DNA of 64,000 bases from an uncultured Lentimicrobiaceae bacterium (GCA_964459375.1 CAYWLJ010000003.1:79236-143235), one strand, 5' to 3'. Shown: positions 1 to 9,615, counted from the stretch's first letter. Translations and numbers: made by a program. The notes: generated from the sequence alone by a model not told the origin.

Positions 1-258
1 CAGATCATCAGCGAAGCCATATTGCTGACCACGGTTTCGGGTTACATAGGCCTCGTAATCAGTGTTTTTCTGCTCGAGCTTGTCAGCAAAAGTCTGCCTT
101 CGGACGGCGGACAGCAAATGTTCCTCAATCCGGGTGTGGATTTCAATGTAGCCGCGGCGGCCCTGCTCATCCTCATTGCTTCGGGCGCACTGGCCGGTCT
201 GATTCCTGCCCGTCGTGCCGTGGCTATGAAACCGATTGATGCCCTGAGATACGAATAG
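1..258 (+). CDS. ABC-transporter permease, FtsX/MacB type, 3' end only (gene begins upstream of window)
   Basis: Frame is open from nt 1 (the track M at 22 is an internal TTG). Last TM helix is followed by the tail GLIPARRAVAMKPIDALRYE*, the conserved C-terminus of FtsX-domain permeases. An adaptor gene follows 33 nt later. Confidence 0.75.
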   Translation, partial: QIISEAILLTTVSGYIGLVISVFLLELVSKSLPSDGGQQMFLNPGVDFNVAAAALLILIASGALAGLIPARRAVAMKPIDALRYE

Positions 259-291
259 ATCAAATCAACAATAAACATCAAAATAAAAGCC

Positions 292-1374
292 ATGAAAACT
301 TTTTTAAAAATTGCAGCAGCGCTCGTTGTGGTGGGCGTTTTTGCCGGAACCTTGCTGTACCTGTACAAGAAATCACAGGCTAAGCCGGTGGTTTATAAAA
401 CCGAAAATCCACTCGAAACCACCATTATCCGCAAGACCGTAGCCACCGGATCGGTGGTGCCACGTCACGAAATCGACATCAAACCCAAAGTGTCGGGCAT
501 CATCGAGGAAGTGTTCGTCGAGCCCGGCGATATGGTGCGCAAAGACCAGCTCATTGCCAGGGTGCGCATCATACCGGATATGATCAACCTGAACAATGCC
601 GAGGCCAGGGTAAAAAAAGCCGGGATACAGCTCGACGAAGCCCGTCGCAACCATCTCAGGTATAAAGAGTTGTTTCGCAAGGGCGTGATTCCCGAAGCTG
701 AATACCTCACCTACGAAGTGGCGTTTCGCACGGCCGAACAGGAACTCGAGGCCGCCGAAGACAACCTTACCCTGATCCGTGAAGGCGCCACACGCAAGGC
801 CGGAAATGCCACCAACACCCTCATTCGCAGCACCATCGATGGCATGGTATTGGCCGTGCCAGTCGAAAAAGGCCGTTCGGTGATCGAGAGCAACACGTTC
901 AACGACGGAACCACCATTGCCACCATTGCCGACATGAACGAGATGATTTTTGAAGGCAAGGTGGACGAGTCAGAGGTGGGCAAGATACGTGAGGGCATGG
1001 AACTGATCCTGACTATCGGGGCCATCGAAAACGAAAAGTTTACTGCACGTCTGGAACGCATCTCGCCCAAAGGCGTTGAAGAAAATGGCGCCATTCAGTT
1101 CGAGATCAGGGCCGCGGTTGAGCCCCGCGTTGGTCAGTTTATCCGTGCAGGCTACAGTGCCAATGCCGACATTGTACTCGAAAAGAAAGAAAACGTGTTG
1201 GCTGTAAACGAGGCACTTGTAAAATTTGAAGGCGACAGCGCTTTTGTAGAAGTGGAAACCACACCGCAGACGTTCGAAAAAAGACAGATAAAGACCGGCC
1301 TTTCGGATGGCATCGTGGTTGAGGTGTGCGAGGGCCTGGGCAAGGAAGATAAAATCAAGGCGGCTGCAAAATAG
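292..1374 (+). CDS. efflux periplasmic adaptor (membrane-fusion protein, HlyD/MacA family)
   Basis: 360 aa. N-terminal anchor IAAALVVVGVFAGTLLYLY, lipoyl-like hairpin VSGIIEEVFVEPGDMVRKDQLIARV, coiled-coil stretch (EARVKKAGIQLDEARRNH ... EQELEAAEDNL), beta-rich C-terminal half. Confidence 0.85.
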   Translation: MKTFLKIAAALVVVGVFAGTLLYLYKKSQAKPVVYKTENPLETTIIRKTVATGSVVPRHEIDIKPKVSGIIEEVFVEPGDMVRKDQLIARVRIIPDMINLNNAEARVKKAGIQLDEARRNHLRYKELFRKGVIPEAEYLTYEVAFRTAEQELEAAEDNLTLIREGATRKAGNATNTLIRSTIDGMVLAVPVEKGRSVIESNTFNDGTTIATIADMNEMIFEGKVDESEVGKIREGMELILTIGAIENEKFTARLERISPKGVEENGAIQFEIRAAVEPRVGQFIRAGYSANADIVLEKKENVLAVNEALVKFEGDSAFVEVETTPQTFEKRQIKTGLSDGIVVEVCEGLGKEDKIKAAAK

Positions 1375-1402
1375 CCGTTCTGGTTTGTGTGTTGGTTTGG
1401 TT

Positions 1403-1440
1403 GCCGCAGCCTCCCGGGCAGGAGGTTGCGGCTTTTTTTT
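1403..1440 (+). terminator. Rho-independent terminator after the adaptor gene
   Basis: 12-bp GC-rich stem gccgcagcctcc / ggaggttgcggc (one G-U pair), 6-nt loop, then T8. Lies 28 nt after the stop at 1374. Confidence 0.85.
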
Positions 1441-1453
1441 ATTTTGACAATAA

Positions 1454-1520
1454 TTTCTTTGAGTGCTTTGCGAAAGAGGTTTTTCACGCAAAGGCTGCGA
1501 AGGTTTCCACGCAAAGGTCA
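1454..1520. repeat. palindromic CTTTGCG/CGCAAAG intergenic repeat (single copy of the family arrayed at 16254-16575)
   Basis: tttctttgagtgctttgcgaaagaggtttttcacgcaaaggctgcgaaggtttccacgcaaaggtcac. Shares the ctttg(c/a)gtgctttgcg and cacgcaaagg arms and the gaggttttt spacer with the 16.3-kb array. Sits between convergent genes. Confidence 0.7.
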
Positions 1521-1560
1521 CAATGGGAGTTTACGCGCCAAGGGTTATGATAGTAATTGA

Positions 1561-2049
1561 TTACCTGGCGTGAAGCAGTTTAATCCCAAATCCTTTGTTC
1601 GACGACCAACCAGTTTTGTCGGTCAGGCTGATGAAGAAGTGGTAGTCGCCCTCTTGCAGGGTGCCAGTGTCGTTTTGGGAAGGTATGGGAATTTTCAAAA
1701 TCCCTTCGTGGGTGCGTTTGCCCGGAGGTATGTCGAATACCCCGATGAAAACGAAGGGATTGGTGGCAGGTTTTCGAAGTTCGAGCGGGCAATTGACGGC
1801 TTCAGTACTGTGCGAGTGGTGGTCGAAGTTGTGGTGTATGTCAATGCGGTAGCTGCCCAGTTCGGTATTGTCTTCGAACCTTACCCGAACACTCAGTGTA
1901 TCGCCCAGCAGCAACGTGTCGCAGGGCAGGGGAGTAGCCCCGGCAAAGCCGAATTCGATGACCGGTTTCTGGTCGTCCACTTCGGCTTTCCGGCAGGCCG
2001 TTGTCAATCCTGACAGGTAAAGCATCAACAAGAGGAATTTCCTGTTCAT
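1561..2049 (-). CDS. His-rich lipoprotein, DUF4625-like
   Basis: 162 aa. Lipoprotein signal LSGLTTAC followed by RKAEVDD. His cluster IDIHHNFDHHSHSTE. Beta-rich, paralogous in layout to the next gene. The DUF4625 assignment is from memory. Confidence 0.65.
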   Translation of the reverse strand: MNRKFLLLMLYLSGLTTACRKAEVDDQKPVIEFGFAGATPLPCDTLLLGDTLSVRVRFEDNTELGSYRIDIHHNFDHHSHSTEAVNCPLELRKPATNPFVFIGVFDIPPGKRTHEGILKIPIPSQNDTGTLQEGDYHFFISLTDKTGWSSNKGFGIKLLHAR

Positions 2050-2060
2050 GATCAGTTGAT

Positions 2061-2501
2061 TTAACGAGTAGGCAACAACACTTTAAGTTCAGCCTCAGCC
2101 TTTGCTTTGTTGCCTTTTTGGTCGATGACACTCAGGTGCACGTGATAATCGCCGGCTGGAGCAGTGATTGGTACATCAAAATGCTTGTGAAACTCGCTGT
2201 TTTTGAGTCCTTTGAATTCGTCATAAATCATTTCCAGATGCCATTCGTTCCCTTCGGAAGTGATGCGTACACTTTTGTTGCCGCCTTCCTTGTGGATCTC
2301 GAGCTCCACGCGTTCAATTTTATTCGGCGCTTCAATTTCGGCTTCGATGTGAAGTTCCTCTCCGGCCACTACCCTGCCGCTGTTCTCATAGCCCAGTTCG
2401 GTGATTTTGATAGTGGGCAGTTTGTCGTCCTTGGTGCATGAGGTGAATGTGAGCAATGCAAATACCAGGATAAAAGCGAAGTAAAAAATGTATTTTTTCA
2501 T
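2061..2501 (-). CDS. lipoprotein, DUF4625-like
   Basis: 146 aa. Signal plus lipobox LTFTSC followed by TKDDK (acidic surface-export-like signal). Repeated His (EFHKHFDVP, GDYHVHLSV). Its start overlaps the receptor stop by 4 nt. Confidence 0.7.
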   Translation of the reverse strand: MKKYIFYFAFILVFALLTFTSCTKDDKLPTIKITELGYENSGRVVAGEELHIEAEIEAPNKIERVELEIHKEGGNKSVRITSEGNEWHLEMIYDEFKGLKNSEFHKHFDVPITAPAGDYHVHLSVIDQKGNKAKAEAELKVLLPTR

Positions 2502-4921
2502 TTGAGTAAATTTTTTGTTGATGAATTTGATTTCTTTTCGTTCGAAAATTGTTTTTCCAATGGCATACTGAGCATCAGCACCAGATTTCTTCCGGTTTCG
2601 GGAAGGTTGATGCGGCGGTAATAGCTCAGGTGATTCAGGTAAGTGTTATTAGTCAGGTTGTTGAGTTGGAGGTTAAGCTCCACGATTTGCCTGCCAATGC
2701 GGATGTTGCTGTTGGCCCGCAGATTCAGGACATACCATGCCGGGGTTTTTTGCTCGGGTGGGGCAATGCGGTTTTGGGCAGCTGTCAGTCTGAGGTCGGT
2801 TGCCAGTTCGACCGGAAAGCGGGTTGGAAAAGTGTAGCTCAGGTTTAATAGTACAGAGGCCGGAGGGCTGAGCGGAAGTCCGAAACCTTTTTTGGTTCCG
2901 GAAAGCTGGTTGGTGAAAAGTCCCTCGAACATCAATCCGAGCAAAAGGTCAGGTCTCAGTCCATAGTGCAGATGCAGCTCGCCTCCGGTTCGGAATACCC
3001 TGTTTTGGATGTAAACGAACTTTTGGTTGCCGTTGCCGTATAGGTAGTCGTGCTCAGGCGTGGGATCGAGATAGATAAAGTCGGGAGAGTAGGCAGCAAA
3101 CGGACTGATTTCGAGAGCGAGGTGTTCCGTTTTCAATACAGCTGAAGCATCAACCTGCCAAGAAGTTTCGGGTTTGAGTGCTGGATTGCCCTTTTCGAAG
3201 CGAAACTGGTGGTAGTTTACACCATTGGCACCCAGTTCCGCTGCTGTTGGCAGGCGGAAACTTTTGCCCAGGTGTGCGCTCAGGTTCCATTGGCCCTTTT
3301 GCAGGCTGTATCCCACCGAGCCGGTCAGGCTTTGGTGCGACTTTCGTATGGGCAGTGTCCGTAAGGTATGTTCGCCCGACGGGGAGGTAAACCAATCGCG
3401 GTATTCGGCAATTCTGGTTATAGCGGCGTCGAGCCTCAGGCCGAGCTGCAACGTTTGTCCTGCACCGGGCTTGTGCTCCATCAAGGCAAATCCACCAATG
3501 CGTCCTGATTGGTATTCAGGAAATACAAAAGCCCAGCCGTCGATGCGGTTGCGTGTGCCATCGGCCATCAGTCCGGTAGTTAGTTTGTAATCAGCCCTGT
3601 GTGTCTCGAAAGTGGTTTCGAAGCTCATGAAGTCTTTGTCGAAGAAGCGTTCCAGTGTGGAAAGGTATTGCAGGGATTCCGGCAGCATGGGCGGCATGAA
3701 TCCGTGGTTGACATAGTCACTGCGTTCCTCAAACATATTTTTTTGATAGCCGAGCACAAGGCCTAATGTACCTTTTGGGGTGTTGAGCTGTGTTTGATGG
3801 GTGAATTTGAGGTGTGTGGACAAATGGTATGGTTGCTGCAGGTCGCGTATTGACCTGTCGTGCAATAATGTATCCACTTTTCGGGGTTCAATCCCATGCG
3901 CATGGGCAAAAAAGCCCTGTTTGGTTTGCAGCACCCCCATTCGGGTCTGATGCCGCCATATATTGTTTCCGAGATTAAAACCGGCGCGAAAGCTGCGACC
4001 GGTGGCGGCAGTATTGCGCAGTCGGCCATCGGGCAAAGCCAGGCGGAAGTTGTACACATCAGCGCTATCAGCCGGAAGTTTCATATCAGCAGCGTCCCAC
4101 CAACCAATGCCGGCATAAGCAGCATGATGGTTTTGTTTCCATCTGTACAAAGCATTGGTGCCCAGCATTCTATTAGCTGTGGCCGTGTGTGCATCAAGCC
4201 GTGCAGACCATCTGTCGTTGGCAAGGTTTTCCGTCGAGCTGATGCGCAGCACACCGCCGATGGCATCCGAGCCGTAGCGCACTGACAATGGCCCTTTTAT
4301 CACTTCTATTTTGCCGGCAGTCAGGGCATCAATCTCCAGTCCGTGTTCTTCGCCCCATTGCTGGCTTTCGTGCCTCAGGCCGTCGTCTATGACCAGTACA
4401 CGATTGGCCGCCATGCCACGAATCATTGGCTTGGAGTGTCCCATTCCGATGCGGATGCTGTTGATTCCCGGAAGGCGTTCGAGCGTGGATGCCAGGCTAC
4501 CGTCGTAAAACCGTTGCACGAATGCCCTGCTGACTGCCTCGGACGGCAACACCATTTCTGGTTTGGCTAAACGCGCCGAGGATGCATTCACCTGCACTTC
4601 ATCGAGGTTCATCAGTTTTTGGTTCAGCTTCAGATTCAAGGGGTTGGGCAGGGGCAGATGTAGCTCGAGGGAAAGTGTTTCGAAACCAAGAAATGATACT
4701 TCAAGGGTGTATTTGCCTGGTGGAATTTGTCCAAATACCACCGTACCCCGTGCATCAGCGATAGCGGCATAACGACCAGGCCTGAGCAATGCCACCGCAC
4801 CGGGCAAGGCTTCGCCCGAAGCATCACGTATGTGCAGCTCCAGCCCGTTCTTCTGTGCATTGGCCTCTAAAAAGCACAGCATCAGGACTGCCAAAATCAA
4901 GAATGATTTGTTCAAAGGCAA
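2498..4921 (-). CDS. TonB-dependent receptor with CarboxypepD_reg-like N-domain
   Basis: 807 aa. Signal peptide ...FLEANAQ. CarboxypepD_reg-like segment (IPPGKYTLEVSFLGFETLSLEL). Plug motifs (PMIRGMAANRVLVIDDG, IEVIKGPLSVRYGSDAIGGVL). Long beta-barrel region. The start codon in the track is TTG. Confidence 0.9.
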   Translation of the reverse strand: MPLNKSFLILAVLMLCFLEANAQKNGLELHIRDASGEALPGAVALLRPGRYAAIADARGTVVFGQIPPGKYTLEVSFLGFETLSLELHLPLPNPLNLKLNQKLMNLDEVQVNASSARLAKPEMVLPSEAVSRAFVQRFYDGSLASTLERLPGINSIRIGMGHSKPMIRGMAANRVLVIDDGLRHESQQWGEEHGLEIDALTAGKIEVIKGPLSVRYGSDAIGGVLRISSTENLANDRWSARLDAHTATANRMLGTNALYRWKQNHHAAYAGIGWWDAADMKLPADSADVYNFRLALPDGRLRNTAATGRSFRAGFNLGNNIWRHQTRMGVLQTKQGFFAHAHGIEPRKVDTLLHDRSIRDLQQPYHLSTHLKFTHQTQLNTPKGTLGLVLGYQKNMFEERSDYVNHGFMPPMLPESLQYLSTLERFFDKDFMSFETTFETHRADYKLTTGLMADGTRNRIDGWAFVFPEYQSGRIGGFALMEHKPGAGQTLQLGLRLDAAITRIAEYRDWFTSPSGEHTLRTLPIRKSHQSLTGSVGYSLQKGQWNLSAHLGKSFRLPTAAELGANGVNYHQFRFEKGNPALKPETSWQVDASAVLKTEHLALEISPFAAYSPDFIYLDPTPEHDYLYGNGNQKFVYIQNRVFRTGGELHLHYGLRPDLLLGLMFEGLFTNQLSGTKKGFGLPLSPPASVLLNLSYTFPTRFPVELATDLRLTAAQNRIAPPEQKTPAWYVLNLRANSNIRIGRQIVELNLQLNNLTNNTYLNHLSYYRRINLPETGRNLVLMLSMPLEKQFSNEKKSNSSTKNLLK

Positions 4922-4983
4922 AAGGTTTTTACGGAAAAAAATGGTCCTTCTCTGTGGATGTCATCAGAGGCTGTATTCAATCG

Positions 4984-5328
4984 TCAGCAGATAGTAATGA
5001 AGGCCGGGGGTGCCCTTGTGCTCGAATGATTCGTCAGGCTACACGGTAGTGGGTAATCCGGAATATGGGGATAATGAAAAACCAGTGTTTCAAGCTTGTT
5101 TATACCGGACGGAAGCTTGCTTATGCCGGGCAACACCAGCTCGTAATCGCAGACATGGCAGAGCGATGAAATTGATATATGTATTTCGTCGGCACTTTTG
5201 TGGCTAATATCACAATGCCCGTTGCAGTGGTCAAGCCCTTTGTGCGAAAGGCGATGCAGGTTTTGCCAAACCAACGGTAGGAGAAACAGACAGATGCCTA
5301 TCCAGGCTGTGCGTCGCAAAGCATTCAA
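4984..5328 (-). CDS. hypothetical Cys/His-rich membrane protein
   Basis: 114 aa, one N-terminal TM helix (WIGICLFLLPLVW), then HCNGHCDISH and CHVCDYE motifs. Has no ATG (TTG start). Wedged between the fur stop (5330) and the receptor gene. Confidence 0.4.
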   Translation of the reverse strand: MNALRRTAWIGICLFLLPLVWQNLHRLSHKGLDHCNGHCDISHKSADEIHISISSLCHVCDYELVLPGISKLPSGINKLETLVFHYPHIPDYPLPCSLTNHSSTRAPPAFITIC

Positions 5329-5329
5329 A

Positions 5330-5743
5330 TCAGCTGGCAGTGGTTTGGTTACAAATCGGGCAAAAACCGTGGAGAATAATTTCGGCTTCGGACATGCTGT
5401 ACCCTTGTGGTAGTGCTATGGGAGGCACAGGAGCCACGCTCAGGCAACGGACGCTCTGACAAGCAGTGCAATGAAAGTGAGCATGACTTTGATTCGCATC
5501 GTTTCCGGCCAAAGCATAACGTACCTTCTGGCTGTCGAGCACTATTTTGTGGATGATGCCCGATTCTTCAAGGGTTTTGAACGAACGGTAAAAGGTAGTG
5601 CGGTCGTAGGTGCCCGCAAGCCCATCGCGGATATCGTGCTCCGACAGGGCCTGTCCGGCTTGCATCATCAGATTGATGATGCCTTCGCGGCAACTGGTTC
5701 GTTTGAGGGCATACCGCCTGAGCAAATCACGTGCTTCCGACAT
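5330..5743 (-). CDS. Fur-family metalloregulator (Fur/Zur type)
   Basis: Winged-helix part (LKRTSCREGIINLMMQAGQALSEHDI ... YRSFKTLEESGIIHKIV) and metal site HAHFHCTACQSV ... CPIC. I prefer the ATG at 5743 because a TAnnTTTG box lies at 5773-5780. The track start is 5764. Confidence 0.85.
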   Translation of the reverse strand: MSEARDLLRRYALKRTSCREGIINLMMQAGQALSEHDIRDGLAGTYDRTTFYRSFKTLEESGIIHKIVLDSQKVRYALAGNDANQSHAHFHCTACQSVRCLSVAPVPPIALPQGYSMSEAEIILHGFCPICNQTTAS

Positions 5744-5772
5744 GCAAGTATGTTTTAAATGCAATGATGTTG

Positions 5773-5780
5773 CAAAAATA
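5773..5780 (-). promoter_or_regulatory. candidate Bacteroidota -7 box (TATTTTTG) for the fur operon
   Basis: Plus-strand caaaaata is the reverse complement of TAnnTTTG. Lies 30 nt upstream of the ATG at 5743. Confidence 0.45.
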
Positions 5781-5812
5781 ACAAAACTTGCAGCAGAATG
5801 TTCTTCGCAGTT

Positions 5813-6820
5813 TTATTTTTCGCGGCTCACGGCAACAAAGGGTTTTTCGCCGGCCCTCACGCTTGCGCGGAACATACCAGAGGTATTGAATGGCATGGCA
5901 ATATTTCCCTTGGCGTTGACAGCGATGATTCCTCCGCCAGCATCAAGGGCGGCTAACTTGACCATAACAACTTCGTGGGCAGCTTTTTCAAGGCTTTCGC
6001 CAAGATATTGCATGCGGGCACTGATGTCGTGGGCCACGGCATTTCGGATAAAATACTCGCCATGGCCGGTGGCCGAAATGGCGCAGGTCTTGTTGTCGGC
6101 CCAGGTGCCTGCACCGATCACGGGTGAGTCGCCGAGGCGTCCCACACGTTTGTAGTGCATTCCTCCCGTAGAGGTGCCGGCAGCCAGGTTCCCTTTCATA
6201 TCAAGTGCAACAGCTCCCACCGTGCCTTTGGGTTGCAGCGGAAATTCGCGTTCAAGTCTGGTTTTGCGTGTTTTTTCCCATGCATCGCGTCGTTCTTTGG
6301 TATAGAAATAGTCGGCCGGCATGGTATCGACACCATTTGATGCGGCAAAAACTTCGGCGCCACGTCCCACCATAAACACATGACGCCCGTCGTCCATCAC
6401 GGCTTTGGCGGCCAAGATAGGATTTTTAATACAGCTGACCATGCCCACAGCACCGGCTTTGCCTTCTCTGCCTTCCATAATGCTGGCATCGTGTGCAAGT
6501 TGACCTGCTTCGTTGTACACCGCTCCGCGTCCGGCATTGAATAGCGGGTTATCCTCCAAAACGGTGATCGCGGCCACTACGGCATCGAGGCTGCTACCTC
6601 CCGATTTGAGTATGGCCTCGCCAGCCTTCAGGGCATCGAGCAAGGCTGTTTCATAGCTATTTCTGGCTTCGGCCGACATATTTTCCCATTCCATGGTGCC
6701 GGCGCCCCCATGAATGGCCAGCGCATAGGCCGGTTGCTGCAGTTGTGTGGAATGCTGTGCAATGCCTTTCAAATCAAAAATCAGTAAAACGAAAAGAATG
6801 ATGTAGTGCTTCATACGCAT
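5813..6820 (-). CDS. isoaspartyl peptidase / L-asparaginase (Ntn hydrolase)
   Basis: 335 aa with signal peptide. HGGAG near the N-terminus, autoprocessing site GTVGAVALD, GHGEYFIR. Matches the plant-type asparaginase/IaaA family pattern. Confidence 0.9.
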   Translation of the reverse strand: MRMKHYIILFVLLIFDLKGIAQHSTQLQQPAYALAIHGGAGTMEWENMSAEARNSYETALLDALKAGEAILKSGGSSLDAVVAAITVLEDNPLFNAGRGAVYNEAGQLAHDASIMEGREGKAGAVGMVSCIKNPILAAKAVMDDGRHVFMVGRGAEVFAASNGVDTMPADYFYTKERRDAWEKTRKTRLEREFPLQPKGTVGAVALDMKGNLAAGTSTGGMHYKRVGRLGDSPVIGAGTWADNKTCAISATGHGEYFIRNAVAHDISARMQYLGESLEKAAHEVVMVKLAALDAGGGIIAVNAKGNIAMPFNTSGMFRASVRAGEKPFVAVSREK

Positions 6821-6830
6821 AGATTTCTGA

Positions 6831-6838
6831 CAAATGTA
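6831..6838 (-). promoter_or_regulatory. candidate -7 box (TACATTTG) upstream of the asparaginase gene
   Basis: Plus-strand caaatgta. Only 11-17 nt from the two possible ATGs (6820, 6814), so the leader would be very short. Confidence 0.3.
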
Positions 6839-7371
6839 GGTGTTTTAAAAAATGGGATTAGCTGAACAATGCAGCCCTTGAGCATATTGGTGGGCAGCCC
6901 GTTTTTGCAATAGATGGCAATGAAACCCATAAGGATGGGCAATTTAGAAAATGCTCAACTGGCAGGTTGTTTACTGTCCTGACTCAGAATATCCGTCACT
7001 ATGAGAACCATGATAGGCTATAAAAGATTACCTGTCTGAAATCAGCTCAAACAAAGAAATCATTATCAATGACAAAGAAAATATTTTAAAAATACTTCAT
7101 TTTTTTTGATGCGATTTTACCCCTGAGTGGTATAAATGCACAGTAAAACCCATAAATGCACCCGACGAAAAGTCGTTTGCGGACAAGCCAGTCGGCAGTG
7201 TGCAGGCTGCAGCCAAAATACGATTGGTAGGTCACCGATTGCGCAGACGGAAGTCAAATTTTTTGGATGAGGTTTGACAATAAGTAATAAACAAATTGAT
7301 GCGAAATGCTTAAATTGTAAAAAAGCTCCAACCGACGGCATCTTCATTCACACAATAATACCTTAACGATC

Positions 7372-8007
7372 TCAATCCCTAACCCAGAAAAACGATTTAC
7401 CTTTTTCGTTATCGTCATAAGTGACCACATATCTCTCTGTCCTGAGCTGCATAAAGTTAATCATGGCAAAATCGCCCATGCACGAGAGGGTGTGCAACAG
7501 GAGGGTGATGAGCAAACAAAACTGCCAGAAAGGGTTAGCGGCAACCAAAATGGCTGAAAGCAATGTCGAAATGACAACAAATGGCGCAAGGGCCACCACA
7601 TAAAAAGGCTCCCGGCCAATGACAAAACGGTCGGCCAACGCAGCCACATATAGTTTTCTCCAGTTGATGATATAGCTCACTGTTTTAGCGCCGGCCCATT
7701 TGTAAGCCAGGCCATGCAGCCACTCGTGCGCCGGAATGAGCGGCAGCAAAAGCAGCAATGCCGGCAACACGGCGCTGGCGAGGGTATCCAGTTCTGCCCT
7801 GCCATTCATGATGTGATACCCAGCGAAAGCTGCAAGCATAAACACATGTAGCGCCGTTGCGCCTATCCATATCCAGATAAACAATCCTTTGCGCCGCACA
7901 TATTGCATCAGAAACGTGGTGAGCTCTTCGTGCGAAAGTTCATCGGCCTTGTGAAAACCCAAGCCGGGCAGGTCGTCGGGATGAATCTGTCCCAGTTTTT
8001 GTGCCAT
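7372..8007 (-). CDS. DUF3267-like membrane protein (putative zincin-like HExxH)
   Basis: 211 aa, 4-5 hydrophobic helices, HEWLHGLAYK motif after the second helix. Family name from memory. Confidence 0.55.
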   Translation of the reverse strand: MAQKLGQIHPDDLPGLGFHKADELSHEELTTFLMQYVRRKGLFIWIWIGATALHVFMLAAFAGYHIMNGRAELDTLASAVLPALLLLLPLIPAHEWLHGLAYKWAGAKTVSYIINWRKLYVAALADRFVIGREPFYVVALAPFVVISTLLSAILVAANPFWQFCLLITLLLHTLSCMGDFAMINFMQLRTERYVVTYDDNEKGKSFFWVRD

Positions 8008-8037
8008 AATTTTCGGTGATTGTTTTGTGTTGAGAGA

Positions 8038-9615
8038 TTAAAGGTCAAAAATACTTACGGGCAGACGCCTGTACAGGCTTACCATTTTTTGGCTGTCCTG
8101 ATAAACAGGCGCATACAAACCTTTGAAGTAGTGTTGGTTAATCAGGCTTCCCACCGATTCAGGTGCCCTATTGCCTGGGCTGATTACCAGCACAAAGTCG
8201 GCCTGCCTGTTGCGCAAACCACCGGTAGCTGGCCAAGCCTTGACTGGTTTCGACATCTCGCCCAGATGAAGCACAGGCAAATTGCGTAAGTTCCATTGCA
8301 CCGGAAAGTAAGGTAAAGCTGCCTGATAGTTTTCGCTGATTACCACTGCACAATGCATGCCCAAATAGTTCGAAAAATGTGTGTGCAGCATTTGCCCGGA
8401 GGCATTTTCCACATAAACCATTGCTCCGGCAGGCAGCTGACGTGCAGCCATGGCCACGGCACGTGCCACGGGCTGATCGTGCCGCAAAGTCTGCATGTAC
8501 AACACCAATAGCGCTACACTCGTCATCAGTGATACTCCTCTGCTGAGCCATTTTAGCCATCGCTGCACGGCAACCGAGGCCAGCAGCACCAACAAGGCCA
8601 AAAACCACATCAGTCCTGTACGCTGGCTCATCACGCCCGAGAGCGCATTGCCATCCGGCAGCACCACAAGCGCCAGGGAGAGCAACACGAGCGAAGTAAA
8701 GGCACCTATTGCCATGAGAGATAGCTGGCTTTTGAATACCGAATGCAACATGAACAAAAACCGGATTGCCAGCAGCCAGAATAACCACTGGGTGTAGATG
8801 TTGGCTTTGCCGTAATCCAGCCCTTTGGCCGGCTGCACTTCGTAGATGATGCGCCACAGCGACGGCAGCGAAAGCCTGTGGCTTTCCCCGTCAGAAAACT
8901 GTCCGGCAGCCACGAAATAAATGGCAGGCAAGAGCGGCAACAACCAGATCAGTGCCGGCTTCCAAAATGGAAAAGCCACTGCTCCAGAACTTACGAAACG
9001 CCTGAACTGCCACAGCACAATGAGCCCCGAAAATAAAGCATACCAGGCAAATGCATAGAGGTGAGCAAAAAGGATAAGTAGTCCTGTGGCGACCAATAAG
9101 GCAGACACCCACCCTTTCCGGCTTTGGTCAGGAAAACTGACCCAAAGACTAAGTCCGAAAAGCCCGAACAGCATTCCCAGTAGAAAATTATAGAACCCCA
9201 TGAAAAACAAGAACCCGTAAACAAAGGGGAAGACAAGCAGCGCCACCTCGTCCGATTGGCCTGTACTTGCTTTTAGCAGGCGACGGAAGGTCAATGGAAA
9301 AAGGGCCACAATGAGGGTGAGCAGGATTTTTTCGGCCAGCAGGGCAGGAATGCCCGTCACCATCAGGCCGGCCAGCAGATAATGCGCCAGCACATTGGGT
9401 TGCAGGAGCGGGTTCAACCGATAAAATTCGGCCACGAAGGCATTATCCCTCCAGAGCTCGAGCAAAATGCGGGAATTGTATAGATGGGCAGGTCCGTCAA
9501 CGGTCGGAAAAGGCGTGAACAACCAAACCGGAATCAGGTGAATAGCCCACAGCAGCCAGAACAATGCCTCGTCGGGTTTTGGCCGGAAGGAGCGGACTAT
9601 GTCATTCATGTTCAT
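8038..9615 (-). CDS. polytopic membrane protein of unknown function
   Basis: About 525 aa with more than 10 hydrophobic helices, then a soluble roughly 130-aa C-terminal domain. The ATG at 9615 is preferred over the track's TTG (9639), which overlaps a -7 box. Confidence 0.6.
   Translation of the reverse strand: MNMNDIVRSFRPKPDEALFWLLWAIHLIPVWLFTPFPTVDGPAHLYNSRILLELWRDNAFVAEFYRLNPLLQPNVLAHYLLAGLMVTGIPALLAEKILLTLIVALFPLTFRRLLKASTGQSDEVALLVFPFVYGFLFFMGFYNFLLGMLFGLFGLSLWVSFPDQSRKGWVSALLVATGLLILFAHLYAFAWYALFSGLIVLWQFRRFVSSGAVAFPFWKPALIWLLPLLPAIYFVAAGQFSDGESHRLSLPSLWRIIYEVQPAKGLDYGKANIYTQWLFWLLAIRFLFMLHSVFKSQLSLMAIGAFTSLVLLSLALVVLPDGNALSGVMSQRTGLMWFLALLVLLASVAVQRWLKWLSRGVSLMTSVALLVLYMQTLRHDQPVARAVAMAARQLPAGAMVYVENASGQMLHTHFSNYLGMHCAVVISENYQAALPYFPVQWNLRNLPVLHLGEMSKPVKAWPATGGLRNRQADFVLVISPGNRAPESVGSLINQHYFKGLYAPVYQDSQKMVSLYRRLPVSIFDL

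Noticed and set aside
6821-7371. 550-bp gene-free region as a hidden ncRNA or riboswitch
   Set aside because: I found no match by eye to riboswitch cores I can recall (TPP, SAM, cobalamin, FMN), nor tRNA/tmRNA/RNase P features. The 76-aa ORF (7117-7347) has no start context or motif. Left unassigned; a covariance-model scan (Rfam/Infernal) would settle it.
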